Part shown: positions 37,001 through 47,704 of the stretch, in pieces
How the letters are laid out: each line of letters opens with the position of its first letter
How positions within the stretch are numbered: position 1 is the stretch's first letter
Assembly (NCBI GenBank): GCA_030390025.1
Contig: JASTWF010000034.1
Location: 2,170,001-2,234,000, forward strand
Origin: Squalus acanthias
Lineage: Eukaryota
Direction of reading: 5' to 3'
DNA length: 64,000 bases
Position numbers and translations under genes: made by a program
The notes under the pieces: generated by a model
Databases searched by the model: none
Seen by the model: only the letters and a program-made list of their open reading frames with translations
Told to the model about the DNA's origin: nothing

Positions 37001-40000
37001 AGGTGAGGAGTCCCCACAGTTTGGGGAGGTGAGGAGTCCCACAGTTTGGGGAGGTGAGGAGTCTCACAGTTTGGGGAGGTGAGGAATCTCACAGTATGGG
37101 GAGGTGAGGAGTCCCACAGTTTGGGGAGGTGAGGTATCCCACAGTTTGGGAGGTGTGGAGTTCCACAGTTTGGGGAGGTGAGGAGTCCCACAGTTTGGGG
37201 AGGTGAGGAGTCTCACAGTTTGGGGAAGTGAGGAGTCCCACAGTTTGGGGAGGTGAGGAGTCTCACAGTTTGGGGAGGTGTGGAGTCCCACAGTGTGGGG
37301 TGGTGAAGAATCCCACAGTTTGGGGTGGTGAGGATTCCCCACAGTTTAGGGAGGTGATGAGTCCCACAATTTGGGGAGGTGAGGAGTCCCACAGTTTGGG
37401 GAGGTGAGCAGTCCCCACAGTTTGGGGAGGTGAGGAGTCCCACAGTTTGGGGAGGTGAGGAGTCCCACAGTTTGGGGAGGTGAGAAGTCCCCACAGTTTG
37501 GGGAGGTGAGGAGTCTCACAGTTTGGGGAGGTGAGGAATCTCACAGTTTGGGGTGGTGAGGAGACCCCACAGATTGGGTGGTGATGAGTCTCACAGTTAA
37601 GAGAGGTGAGGAGTCCCATAGTTTGGGAGGTGAGGAGTCCCAGAGTTTGGGGAGGTGAGGAGTTCCAGAAATTTGGGAGTTGAGGGTTCCTAGAGTTTGG
37701 GAAGGTGAGGAGTCGCACAGTTTGGGAGGTGAGGAGTCCCACAGTTTGGGAGGTGAGGAGTCCTACAGTTTCGGGAGGTGAGGAGTCCCCACCGTCTGGG
37801 GAAGAGGAGTCCCACTGTTTGGGGAGGTGAGGAGTCCCACAGTTTGGGGAGGTGAGGACTCTCACAGTTTGGGGATGAGGAGTCCCACTGTTTGTGGAGG
37901 TGAGGAGTCTCACCTTTGGGGAAGTGAGGAGTCTCACAGTTTGGGGAGGTGAGGAGTCCCATAGTTTGTTGAGGTGAGGAATCCCCACAGTTTGGGGAGG
38001 TGAGGAGTCTCACAGTTTGGGGAGGTGAGGAGTCTCACAGTTTGGGGAGGTTAGGAGTCTCACAGTTTGGGGAGGTGAGGAGTCCCCACAATTTGGGGAG
38101 GTGAGGAGTCCCACAGTTTGGGGGTGAGGAGTCCCCACAGTTTGGGGAGATGAGGAATCTCACAGTTTGGGAGTGAGGAGTCCCCACATTTTGGGGAGGT
38201 GAGGAGTCCCACAGTTAGGGGAGGTTATGATTCACCACAGTTTTGGGAGGTGAGGAATCGAACAGTTTGGGGTGGGGAGGAGTCCCACATTTTGGATGGT
38301 GAGGAGACCCACAGTTTGGGATTGATGAGTCCCACTGACTGTGGGGTGTTGTGTACCACAGTTTGGGGTGATGAGTCCCACAGTTTGGGGAGGTGAGGAG
38401 TCCCACAGTTTGGGAAGGTGAGGTGTCTCACAGTTTGGGGATGTGGAGTCTCACAGTTTGGGAGGTGTGGAGTCCCACAGTTTGGGGAGGTGAGGATTCA
38501 CCACAGTTTGGGGAGGTGATGATTCACCACAGTTTGGGGAGGTGAGGAATCGAACAGTTTGGGGTGGGGAGGAGTTCCACTGTTTGGGAGGTGAGGAGTC
38601 CCACATTTTGGATGGTGAGGAGAACAACAGTTTGGGGTGGAGAGGAGTCTCACAGTTTGGGGAGGTGAGGAGTCCCACAGTTTGGTGAGGTGAGGAGTCC
38701 CACAGTTTGGGGAGGTGAGGAGTCCCACAGTTTGGGAGGTGAGGAGTCTCACAGTTTGGGGAGGTGAGGAGTCCCCACAGTTTGGGAGGTGAGGAGTCCC
38801 AGAGTTTGGGGAGGTGAGGAGTCCAGAAATTTGGGAGTTGAGGGGTCCAAGTGTTTGGGAAGGTGCGGAGTCCCACAGTTTGTGAGGTGAGGAGTCCTAC
38901 ATTTTGGGGAGGTGAGGAGTCCCCACAGTTTGGGGAGGTGAGGAGTCCCCACATTTTGGGGAGGTGTGGAGTCCCACAGTTTGGGGAGGTGAGGAGTCCC
39001 CACAGTTTGGGGATGAGGAGTCTCACAGCTTGGGAGGTGAGGAGTCCCTCAGTTTGGGGAGGTGAGGAGTCCCACAGGTTGGGGAGGTGAGGAGTCTCAC
39101 AGTTTGGGGAGGTGAGGATTCACCACAGTTTGGGGAGGTGATGATTCACCACAGTTTGTGGAGGTGAGGAGTCCGACAGTTTGGGGAGGTGAGGAGTCCG
39201 ACAGTTTGGGGAGGTGAGGAGTCCTACAGTTAGGGGAGGTGAGGAGTCCCACAGTTTGGGGAGGTGAGGATTACCACAGTTTGGGAGGTGAGGAGTCCCT
39301 GAGTTTGGGGAGGTGAGGGGTCCCAGAAATTTGGGAGTTGATGGGTCCAAGTGTTTGGGAAGGTGCGGAGTCCCACAGTTTGGGAGGTGAGGATTCCCAC
39401 AGTTTGGGGAGGTGAGGAGTCCCCACAGTTTGGGGAGGTGTGGAGTCCCACAATTTGGGGAGGTGTGGAGACCCCACAGTTTGGGGATGAGGAGTCTCAC
39501 AGTTTGGGAGGTGAGGAGTCCCACAGTTTGGGGTGGTGGGGAGTCCCACAGTTTGGGGAGGTGAGCAGTCCCACAGGTTGGGGAGGTGAGGAGTCTCACA
39601 GTTTGGGGAGGTGAGGAGTCACCACATTTTGGGGAGGTGAGGAGTCCCACAGTTTGGGGAGGTGAGGAGTCTCACAGTTTGGGGAGGTGATGATTCACCA
39701 CAGTTTGGGGAGGTGATGATTCACCACAGTTTGGGGAGGTGGGGAGTCCCACAGTTTGGGGAGGTGAGGAGTCTCACAGTTTGGGGAGGTGATGATTCAC
39801 CACAGTTTGGGGAGGTGATGATTCACCACAGTTTGGGGAGGTGGGGAGTCCCACAGTTTGGGGAGGTGAGGAGTCCCACAGTTTGGGGAGGTGAGGAGTC
39901 TCACAGTTTGGGGAGGTGAGGAGTCCCACAGTTTGGGGAGGTGAGGAGTCCCACAGTTTGGGGAGGTGAGGAGTCCCACAGGTTGGGGAGGTGAGGAGTC

Positions 40001-40312
40001 CCACAGTTTGGGGAGGTGAGGAGTCCCACAGTTTGGGGAGGTGAGGAGTCTCACAGTTTGGGGAGGTGAGGAGTCTCACAGTTTGGGGAGGTGATGATTC
40101 ACCACAGTTTGGGGAGGTGAGGAATCGAACAGTTTGGGAGGTGAGGAGTCCCACATTTTGGATGGTGAGGAGACCCACATTTTGGGGAGGTGAGGTGTCC
40201 CAACCGTTTGGGAGGTGAGGAGATCCACAGTTTGGGATTGATGAGTCCCACTGACTGTGGGGTGATGAGTCCCACAGTTTGGGGTGATGTGTCCCACAGT
40301 TTGGGAGGGGGT
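34098..40312. repeat. ~25-bp minisatellite, ~250 copies
   Basis: Unit GAGGAGTCCCACAGTTTGGGGAGGT with variant units. Confidence 0.97.
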
Positions 40313-40485
40313 GGCTCTGGCTGCCAGCCTCTTTTCCGCGGTGTTCTCCCTGCCTGGGTGGCCCTTGAGAGTGAGCATGCGCTGTCCACTGATATGTACG
40401 ATATCTTCCATGACTGGTGGGCACCGCAGGTTAGAGAGGCGATAATCGATCTTCACAATCACATTATGATTTAATTATACAGAAG

Positions 40486-40690
40486 CAAAATATGGTGGAT
40501 GCTGGAAATCTGAAATAAAAACAGAAGATGCTGGAAATACTCCGCAGGTCAGGCAGCATCTGTGGCGAGCGGAACAAAGTTAAGCTTTCAGGTTGATGAC
40601 CTTTCATCAGAACTGGAATAATTTAGAGATGTAACACAGTTTAAGCAGGTGCAAGGGCAGGGAAAGGGGTGAGCAGAGGAAAGAACAAAG
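40486..40690 (-). mobile_element. Penelope-like terminal repeat with hammerhead-like core
   Basis: rc AGTTCTGATGAAAGGTCATCAACCTGAAAGCTTAACT...GATGCTGCCTGACCTG...TTTCAGATTTCCAGCATC. Confidence 0.65.
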
Positions 40691-41108
40691 CATAGAAGCA
40701 TAGAAGATAGGAGCAGGAGTAGGCCATTCGGCCCCTCGAGCCTGCTCCGCCATTCAATGAGATCATGGCTGATCATCCAAATTCAGTACCCTGTCCCTGC
40801 TTTCTCCCCATATCCCTTAATCCACTTCGTCTTAAGAAATATATCGATCTCCTTCTTAAATATATTTAATGAATTGGCCTCAACTGTCTTCTGTGGTAGA
40901 GAATTTCACAGGTTCACCACTCTATGGGTGAATAAATTCCTCCTCATCTCAGTCCTAAATGGCTTACCCCTTATCCTTAGACTGTGACCTCTGGTTCTGG
41001 ACTCACCCGCCATCGGGAACATCCTTCCTGCATCTAGTCTGTCTAGTCCTGTTAGAATTTTATAAGTTTCAATGAGATCCCCTCTCATTCTTCTAAACTC
41101 TAGCGAAT
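40691..41108 (-). mobile_element. CR1 3' end (short 5'-truncated insertion)
   Basis: YSLEFRRMRGDLIETYK...FTHRVVNL; (CATAGAAG)n tail. Confidence 0.9.
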
Positions 41109-41379
41109 ATGGTGGAAGGCAGGAGCGGTTAAATGACAAAAGGTATGATAGTACAAGGCAACATTTAATTATGTGATTATTATTTGTTTGTCGCTGTATT
41201 GTACATAGTTATAATTGGATATATGTGGTGCGCTGGGGGCCTTGCCTAAATGGTTCGTGTTGCCATCTGGTGACACTGGGAAACTAAGAGTCAGCCCCTA
41301 CAACTAGTGAACAAAGGCCCAATCTGAAAAAAGTGAATGATCTTCCCCAATTGGGGCTTTCAATTGCGGAATGTTTACC

Positions 41380-41935
41380 CAGGATCGCCCGCGCGCCAGA
41401 ACGTGCCCTATCAATGACTGCAGGAGCCGAGTGCGCAGGCGCGGGTCTGGTGCGTGCTCCGAACATGCGCAGTGCGGGTGGTGTCGACGGGAAGGAGCTA
41501 ATTAAACGGCTCGGTAGGCGATAGAAGAATTTGTGGGAAATAACAACAGAAAACGCTGGAAAAACTCAGCAGGCCAGGCAGCATCCGTGGAGAGAGAAAG
41601 AGAGTTAACGTTTCAGGTCGATGACCTTTCATCAGAACTTGTGGGGATCGGGGAGGAACTAGCGTCGGGGCTGGCCTTGGGAAGCTTCATCGACACTCGG
41701 CGTAGGCCTCAGGATCCGAAGAAGATCCCGCGGGCCCCGTGTTTGCGTCGCGCTGCCAAGCCCAGCCCAGTCCGGCCGCGGAGGTGAGCGTTGGCGACTG
41801 TCCGCCATCTTGCGAGAGGCTTTCTCCCCGCTGACAGGCCCGGGTTACCCCGGCAACCGGCCGCCATCTTGGTAAAGGAGAACGGGTCAGGGTGCATGCG
41901 CGGCCCCTCCCCCAGCGCGCACGTCAGAAAGGGGC
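41380..41935 (+). promoter_or_regulatory. CpG-rich promoter / first-exon region with YY1- and NRF1-like motifs
   Basis: Locally high CpG; CGCCATCTT twice (~41803, ~41862); CATGCGCA and TGCATGCGC; G/GTGAG donor at 41784. Confidence 0.6.
41540..41640 (-). mobile_element. Penelope-like terminal repeat fragment with intact hammerhead-like core
   Basis: rc AGTT CTGATGA A AGGTC ATC GACCT GAAA CG TT AACT. Confidence 0.65.
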
Positions 41936-42137
41936 TGTTGAACTGGAGGCAAAGAGAGACTGGGAGAGGGACAAAGACATGGTGCAATGGGTAGAGATTT
42001 CAGCACAGGGAGAGGGAGAGTGTGTGGGACAGGGAGTTACAGCTTTTGGGGAACAGGAGAGGAAAGATTGTTCCATAGAAACTAGAATTGTCTGTCCTGT
42101 ACTTACAGTGATTAATTTTTGTAAACTCCTTTTACAG

Positions 42138-42645
42138 GGTATTTGAGGTGGAGGATTTGCAGATGGGAAACTCAAACCAGACATCATGCCAAGATCTGAC
42201 AGAGTCACTCGATTCATCAGGACCTGAATATCATCGGCCTTTGAATGTGGAAGGAGAAATGTTTGTCGGTTCTGTGTGTGGGAACGGATTTCAAACATTG
42301 TGACTGGAAAAGCATCGACACACACAGACACACACCCACCCGAGTGAAAGTGAGAAAAGTTCGCACACATTCACAGCGGGGAGAAACCGTACACGTGTTG
42401 TGTCTGTGGACGAGGCTTCAACCGATCGTCCGACCCGGAGAGACACAAGGACACCCGCACAACGGAGAAACCGTGGGAATGTGGGAAGGGATTCAATCGC
42501 CTGTCCCAGCTGGAAACTCATCGGTGCAGTCACACTGGGGAGAGACTGTTCACCCGCTCCGTGTGTGGGAAGGCATTCACTCGGTCATCCATCCTGCTGA
42601 AACACCAGCCAGTTCACTCTGATAACAGACCTTTTAAAAGTTCTG
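42138..42645 (+). pseudogene. C2H2 zinc-finger gene exon, decayed
   Basis: Acceptor TTTTACAG ends at 42137. [22 protein letters not shown]..., [58 protein letters not shown]; frameshifts and lost Cys/His. Confidence 0.85.
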
Positions 42646-42804
42646 GTCAGGACAGGTATGTATACATTATTCAATAGAATACTCTGGTTGACAGAATTCT
42701 TTCATTATTAAGCCAGAATAACTTGGGGTTATGTTAGGTTAAACCACACTTCAGACAGAAGGGTATGAAGGTTAAAGAAGCAGGTAATGAACATTCCTGT
42801 GTGG

Positions 42805-45800
42805 GTGAGAGAAGGTGGGTGTGAGGTGAGAGAGAGAGAGAGAAGGGGTTGTGTGGTGTGTGGGGAGAGAGAGAGAGAGAGAGAGAGAGAAGGGGTTTGT
42901 GTGTGTGGGGAGAGAGAGAAGGTTTGTGTGTGTGGGAGAGAGAGAGAAGGGGTGGTGTGTGTGTGGGGAGAGAGAGAGAAGGGGTGGTGTGGGGAGAGAG
43001 AGAAGGGGTGGTGTGTGTGGGGAGAGAGAGAAGGGGTTGTGTGTGTGTGGGGAGAGAGAAGGGGTGGTGTGTGTGTGGGGAGAGAGAGAAGGGGTGGTGT
43101 GTGTGTGGGGAGAGAGAGAAGGGGTGGTGTGTGTGGGGAGAGAGAGAGAAGGGGTGGTGTGTGTGTGGGGAGAGAGAGAAGGGGTGGTGTGTGTGTGGGG
43201 AGAGAGAGAAGGGGTGGTGTGTGTGTGGGGAGAGAGAGAAGGGGTGGTGTGTGTGTGGGGAGAGAGAGAAGGGGTTGTGTGTGTGTGGGGAGAGAGAGAA
43301 GGGGTTGTGTGTGTGTGGGGAGAGAGAGAAGGGGTTGTGTGTGTGTGGGGAGAGAGAAGGGGTGGTGTGTGTGTGTGGGGAGAGAGAGAAGGGGTTGTGT
43401 GTGTGTGTGGGGAGAGAGAGAAGGGGTGGTGTGTGTGTGTGGGGAGAGAGAGAAGGGGTGGTGTGTGTGTGGGGAGAGAGAGAAGGGATGGTGTGTGTGT
43501 GGGGAGAGAGAGAAGGGGTGGTGTGTGTGTGGGGAGAGAGAGAGAAGGGGTGGTGTGTGTGGGGAGAGAGAGAGAAGGGGTGGTGTGTGTGGGGAGAGAG
43601 AGAGAAGGGGTGGTGTGTGTGGGGAGAGAGAGAGAAGGGGTTGTGTGTGTGTGGGGAGAGAGAGAAGGGGTTGTGTGTGTGTGGGGAGAGAGAGAAGGGG
43701 TTGTGTGTGTGTGTGGGGAGAGAGAGAGAAGGGGTTGTGTGTGTGTGTGTGTGTGTGGGGAGAGAGAGAGAAGGGGTTGTGTGTGTGTGGGGAGAGAGAG
43801 AGAAGGGGTTGTGTGTGTGTGGGGAGAGAGAGAGAAGGGGTTGTGTGTGTGTGGGGAGAGAGAAGGGGTTGTGTGTGTGTGTGTGGAGAGAGAGAAGGGG
43901 TTGTGTGTGTGTGTGTGGAGAGAGAGAAGGGATTGTGTGTGTGTGGGGAGAGAGAGAGAAGGGATTGTGTGTGTGTGTGTGTGGAGAGAGAGGAGGGGTT
44001 GTGTGTGTGTGGGGAGAGAGAGAGAAGGGGGTGTGTGTGTGTGGAGAGAGAGAAGGGGGTGTGTGTGTGGAGAGAGAGAAGGGGGTGTGTGTGTGTGGAG
44101 AGAGAGAAGGGGGTGTGTGTGTGTGGAGAGAGAGAAGGGTGTGTGTGTGTGTGGAGAGAGAGAAGGGGGTGTGTGTGTGTGGAGAGAGAGAAGGGGGGGT
44201 GTGTGTGTGGAGAGAGAGAGAAGGGGTTGTGTGTGTGGGGAGAGAGAGAGAAGGGGTTGTGTGTGTGTGTGTGGAGAGAGAGAAGGGGTTGTGTGTGTGT
44301 GGGGAGAGAGAGAGAAGGGAGTGTGTGGGGAGAGAGAGAGAAGGGTGTGTGTGTGTGTGGAGAGAGAGAAGGGGGTGTGTGTGTGTGTGGGGAGAGAGAG
44401 AGAAGGGGTTGTGTGTGTGTGGGGAGAGAGAGAGAAGGGGTTGTGTGTGTGTGTGGGGAGAGAAGGGGTTGTGTGTGTGTGTGGGGAGAGAAGGGGTTGT
44501 GTGTGTGTGTGGAGAGAGAGAAGGGGTTGTGTGTGTGTGGAGAGAGAGAAGGGGTTGTGTGTGTGTGCGGAGAGAGAGAGAAGGGGGTGTGTGTGTGGGG
44601 AGAGAGAGAAGGGGCTGTGTGTGTGGGGAGAGAGAGAGAAGGGGGTGTGTGTGTGGGGAGAGAGAGAAGGGGTTGTGTGTGTGGGGGGGAGAGAGAGAGA
44701 AGGGTTGTGTGTGTGGGGAGAGAGAGAAGGGATTGTGTGTGTGTGGGGAGAGAGAGAAGGGCTGGTGTGTGTGTGGAGAGAGAGAGAGAAGGGGTTGTGT
44801 GTGGGGGGGGAGAGAGAGAGAAGGGGTTGTGTGTGTGTTGTGTGGGGGAGAGAGAGAGAAGGGGTTGTGTGTGTTGTGTGGGGGAGAGAGAGAGAAGGGG
44901 TTGTGTGTGTGTGTGGGGAGAGAGAGAAGGGGTTGTGTGTGTGTGTGGGGAGAGAGAGAAGGGGTTGTGTGTGTGTGTGGGGAGAGAGAGAGAAGGGGTT
45001 GTGTGTGTGTGTGGGGAGAGAGAGAAGGGGTTGTGTGTGTGTATGGAGAGAGAGAAGGGGTTGTGTGTGTGTATGGAGAGAGAGAGAAGGGGTTGTGTGT
45101 GTGTGGGGAGAGAGAGAAGGGGTTGTGTGTATGGAGAGAGAGAAGGGGTTGTGTGTATGGAGAGAGAGAAGGGGTTGTGTGTGTGTGGGGAGAGAGAGAA
45201 GGGGTTGTGTGTGGGGGAGAGAGAGAGAGAAGGGGCTGTGTGTGGGGAGAGAGAGAAGGGAATGTGTGTGTGTGGGGAGAGAGAGAAGGGATGGTGTGTG
45301 TGTGGGGAGAGAGAGAAGGGATTGTGTGTGTGGGGGGAGAGAGAGAGAAGGGATTGTGTGTGTGTGGGGAGAGAGAGAGAAGGGGTTGTGTGTTTGGGGA
45401 GAGAGAGAGAAGGGGTTGTGTGTTTGGGGAGAGAGAGAGAGATGGGGTTGTGTAGTTTGGGGAGAGAGAGAGAGAAGGGGTTGTGTGTGTGGGGAGAGAG
45501 AGAAGGGGTTGTGTGTGTGGGGAGAGAGAGAAGGGATTGTGTGTGTGTGTGGGGAGAGAGAGAGAAGGGGTTGTGAGTGTGGGGAGAGAGAAGGGGTTGT
45601 GTGTGTATGGGGACAGAGAGAAGGGTTTGTGTGTGTCGGGGGAGAGAGAGAAGGGTTTGTGTGTGTGGAGAGAGAGAGAGAAGGGGTTGTGTGTGTGTGT
45701 GTGTGGGGAGAGAGAGAGAAGGGGTTGTGTGTGTGTGGGGAGAGAGAGAGAAGGGGTTGTGTGTGTGTGGGGAGAGAGAGAGAAGGGGTTTTGTGTGTGT
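42805..45800. repeat. Compound (GA)n-GGGG-(GT)n minisatellite, ~28-34-bp units
   Basis: Unit GGGGAGAGAGAGAAGGGGTTGTGTGTGTGT. Confidence 0.97.
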
Positions 45801-46259
45801 CACAATCGGCTCCAGTTGGTTGGAGGACTCGCTTGTGAGCGGATGATTTGTTCCTGTCGCTGCCGCCCCGGCCGAGAAGCGAGCAGCAGAGAAGCGAGCA
45901 GCCCCTGCAATTTCTTGTTTTCAGCCAAATGCTAGAGGTATGAATGTCTCATCACAAAATCTTTGACGCGAGCTGATTTGTTTGCTGTGTTTGAAAGCCT
46001 TTTAGTGACTCGCACGGGACTTGTGCTTTTGCATTTCCTTGCGGTTTTCAGTGTGTGATCGCTTCACGTTTTGAGACTGAAATGAAGTGTAATGTCTGAT
46101 TCAAATTGCGGCTTCATATGGCGTTCTGCCAAATTAAGGCAATTCGACACTACTTACGGATTCAAATCGCCTTTTCTCTCGTGTGCTGCGTTTTTCCCTT
46201 TATGCGGCCGCGTGCGCGTCACAGACAGTGGTTGAAGAATAAACCTGCGGCTGCATTGT

Positions 46260-46506
46260 ATTTAGGACTGAGATGAGGAGAAATGTCTTCATTCTAAGCG
46301 TTTTGAATCTTTGCAATTCTCTACCTCAGAGGGCTGTGGCGGTTCAGTCGGTGAGTACATTCCTAACCGAGCTGTATTTAGACATGATGGGAATCAAGGA
46401 TATGGGGCTAAGTAGGGAAGTTTCAGTTGAGGTAGAGAATCTTATTGAATGACGGAACAGGCTCGAGGGCCGCATTGTCAAATCCTGCACCTATTTCTTA
46501 TGTTCT
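46260..46506 (+). mobile_element. Old CR1 3' end
   Basis: FRTEMRRNVF...NSLPQRAV; GAATGACGGAACAGGCTCGAGGGC...CCTATTTCTTATGTTC tail. Confidence 0.7.
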
Positions 46507-46870
46507 CAAGTACCGATCATAGCGGGCGGGTTGAGAACTGTGGCTCGTCTGCCTTTGTACATTAAATAAGCATCAGAGTAGGAAGCAGCATAAAAAGGAA
46601 GATGACTGCGTGGATGACGTGCATTTTGTTCAATGGGTTGCAAAATAAATATTTTCGATGGGTAAAATTGCTTTCACGGTTTCAAGAGGATTTCTCCTGT
46701 GGCCTAGGCATTTCGTGATGACGTGATTTAATAATGGGGTGAAGTGCTTGTTTTACTTTCTGCTTGAATCGTAGTTTGATTGTAGCTTTGAATATTTCTC
46801 GGCACAGGAACCGAAAGGCAGCATTTAAAATGAAGTAAAAAGGGGCCCTTTGGGACGACGTCATCATTTC

Positions 46871-46954
46871 TGTAGTCGGCAGGATTTGAACCTGCGCGGT
46901 GAAACTCCAATGGAATTAACTAGCCCATCGACGTAGCCACTGGGCCACGACTAT
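46871..46954 (-). pseudogene. tRNA-Ser (AGA-type) pseudogene
   Basis: rc ATAGTCGTGGCCCAGTGG...CCATTGGAGTTTCACCGCGCAGGTTCAAATCCTGCCGACTAC resembles vertebrate tRNA-Ser GTAGTCGTGGCCGAGTGG...; the anticodon arm is disrupted. Confidence 0.8.
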
Positions 46955-47082
46955 CCCGACGTTTGTCGAGCCCCACGTAGCTTCTCATTTGCTGCAAAAA
47001 CGGTGCCTCTGGTCTGAACGCTCTGGTACGTAATCACTTGGGTTCCTGTGGAATAATTCGAATTGCAAAGCATTTCTCGACT

Positions 47083-47156
47083 GTCTCTGTGGCGCAATGG
47101 GCCAGCGCGTTTGGTTGTTAACTGAAAGGTTGGTGGTTCTAGCCCACCCAGGGACG
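47083..47156 (+). tRNA. tRNA-Asn(GTT), divergent, possibly a pseudogene
   Basis: GTCTCTGTGGCGCAAT...GTTAA...GGTGGTTCTAGCCCACCCAGGGACG matches vertebrate tRNA-Asn; TTTTT at 47171-47175. Two G.U pairs in the anticodon stem and TTCTAG in the T loop. Confidence 0.8.
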
Positions 47157-47289
47157 TGAGCGGTTTATAATTTTTGCAAACTTATCTATTGTTTAAACAT
47201 GGGGTCTTTGATTTCGTGAAATGAACAGTGGTGAGCATTCACTGCTGCTGACTTCCTGCTTCCAATGGGAACAATCGCTTCACTGATCA

Positions 47290-47704
47290 GTCTCCACTGT
47301 ATACCTGCCTCCAGCCCCTGCTACTGAATACAAGGGAACTCCACAGTATACCTCCCCACACACACCAGTACTGAACCCTGGGGCACTCCACGGTGTACCT
47401 CCCTCAAGCCTCCTGTACTGAACCCTGGGGATCTCTACTGCATACCTCCCTACAGGCCCCTGTACTGAACCCTTGCGACCTCCACTGTACAGCTCCCTCG
47501 AGCCTCCAGTACTGAACTCTGGGGATCTCTACTGCATACCTCCCTACAGGCCCCTGTACTGAACCCTTGCGACCTCCACTGTACAGCTCCCCCGAGCCTC
47601 CAGTACTGAACCCTGGGGAACTCTATTGTAGACCTCCCTCGAGCCCCAAGTACTGAAACCGGTGGAACTCCACTGTAAACCTCCTTCTAGCCCCCACGAC
47701 TGAA
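47290..47704. repeat. Diverged left part of a 47-bp minisatellite derived from CR1 RT
   Basis: Variants of GTACTGAACCCTGGGGAACTCCACTGTATACCTCCCTCCAGACCCCA. Confidence 0.85.

Noticed and set aside
33959..40462. Long Pro-rich ORFs, or a CRISPR-like array
   Set aside because: Head-to-tail 25-bp units with no unique spacers, no cas genes, eukaryotic context; ORFs cycle through all frames.
42729..45935. 870-1024 aa ORFs on both strands
   Set aside because: Low-complexity repeat translation.
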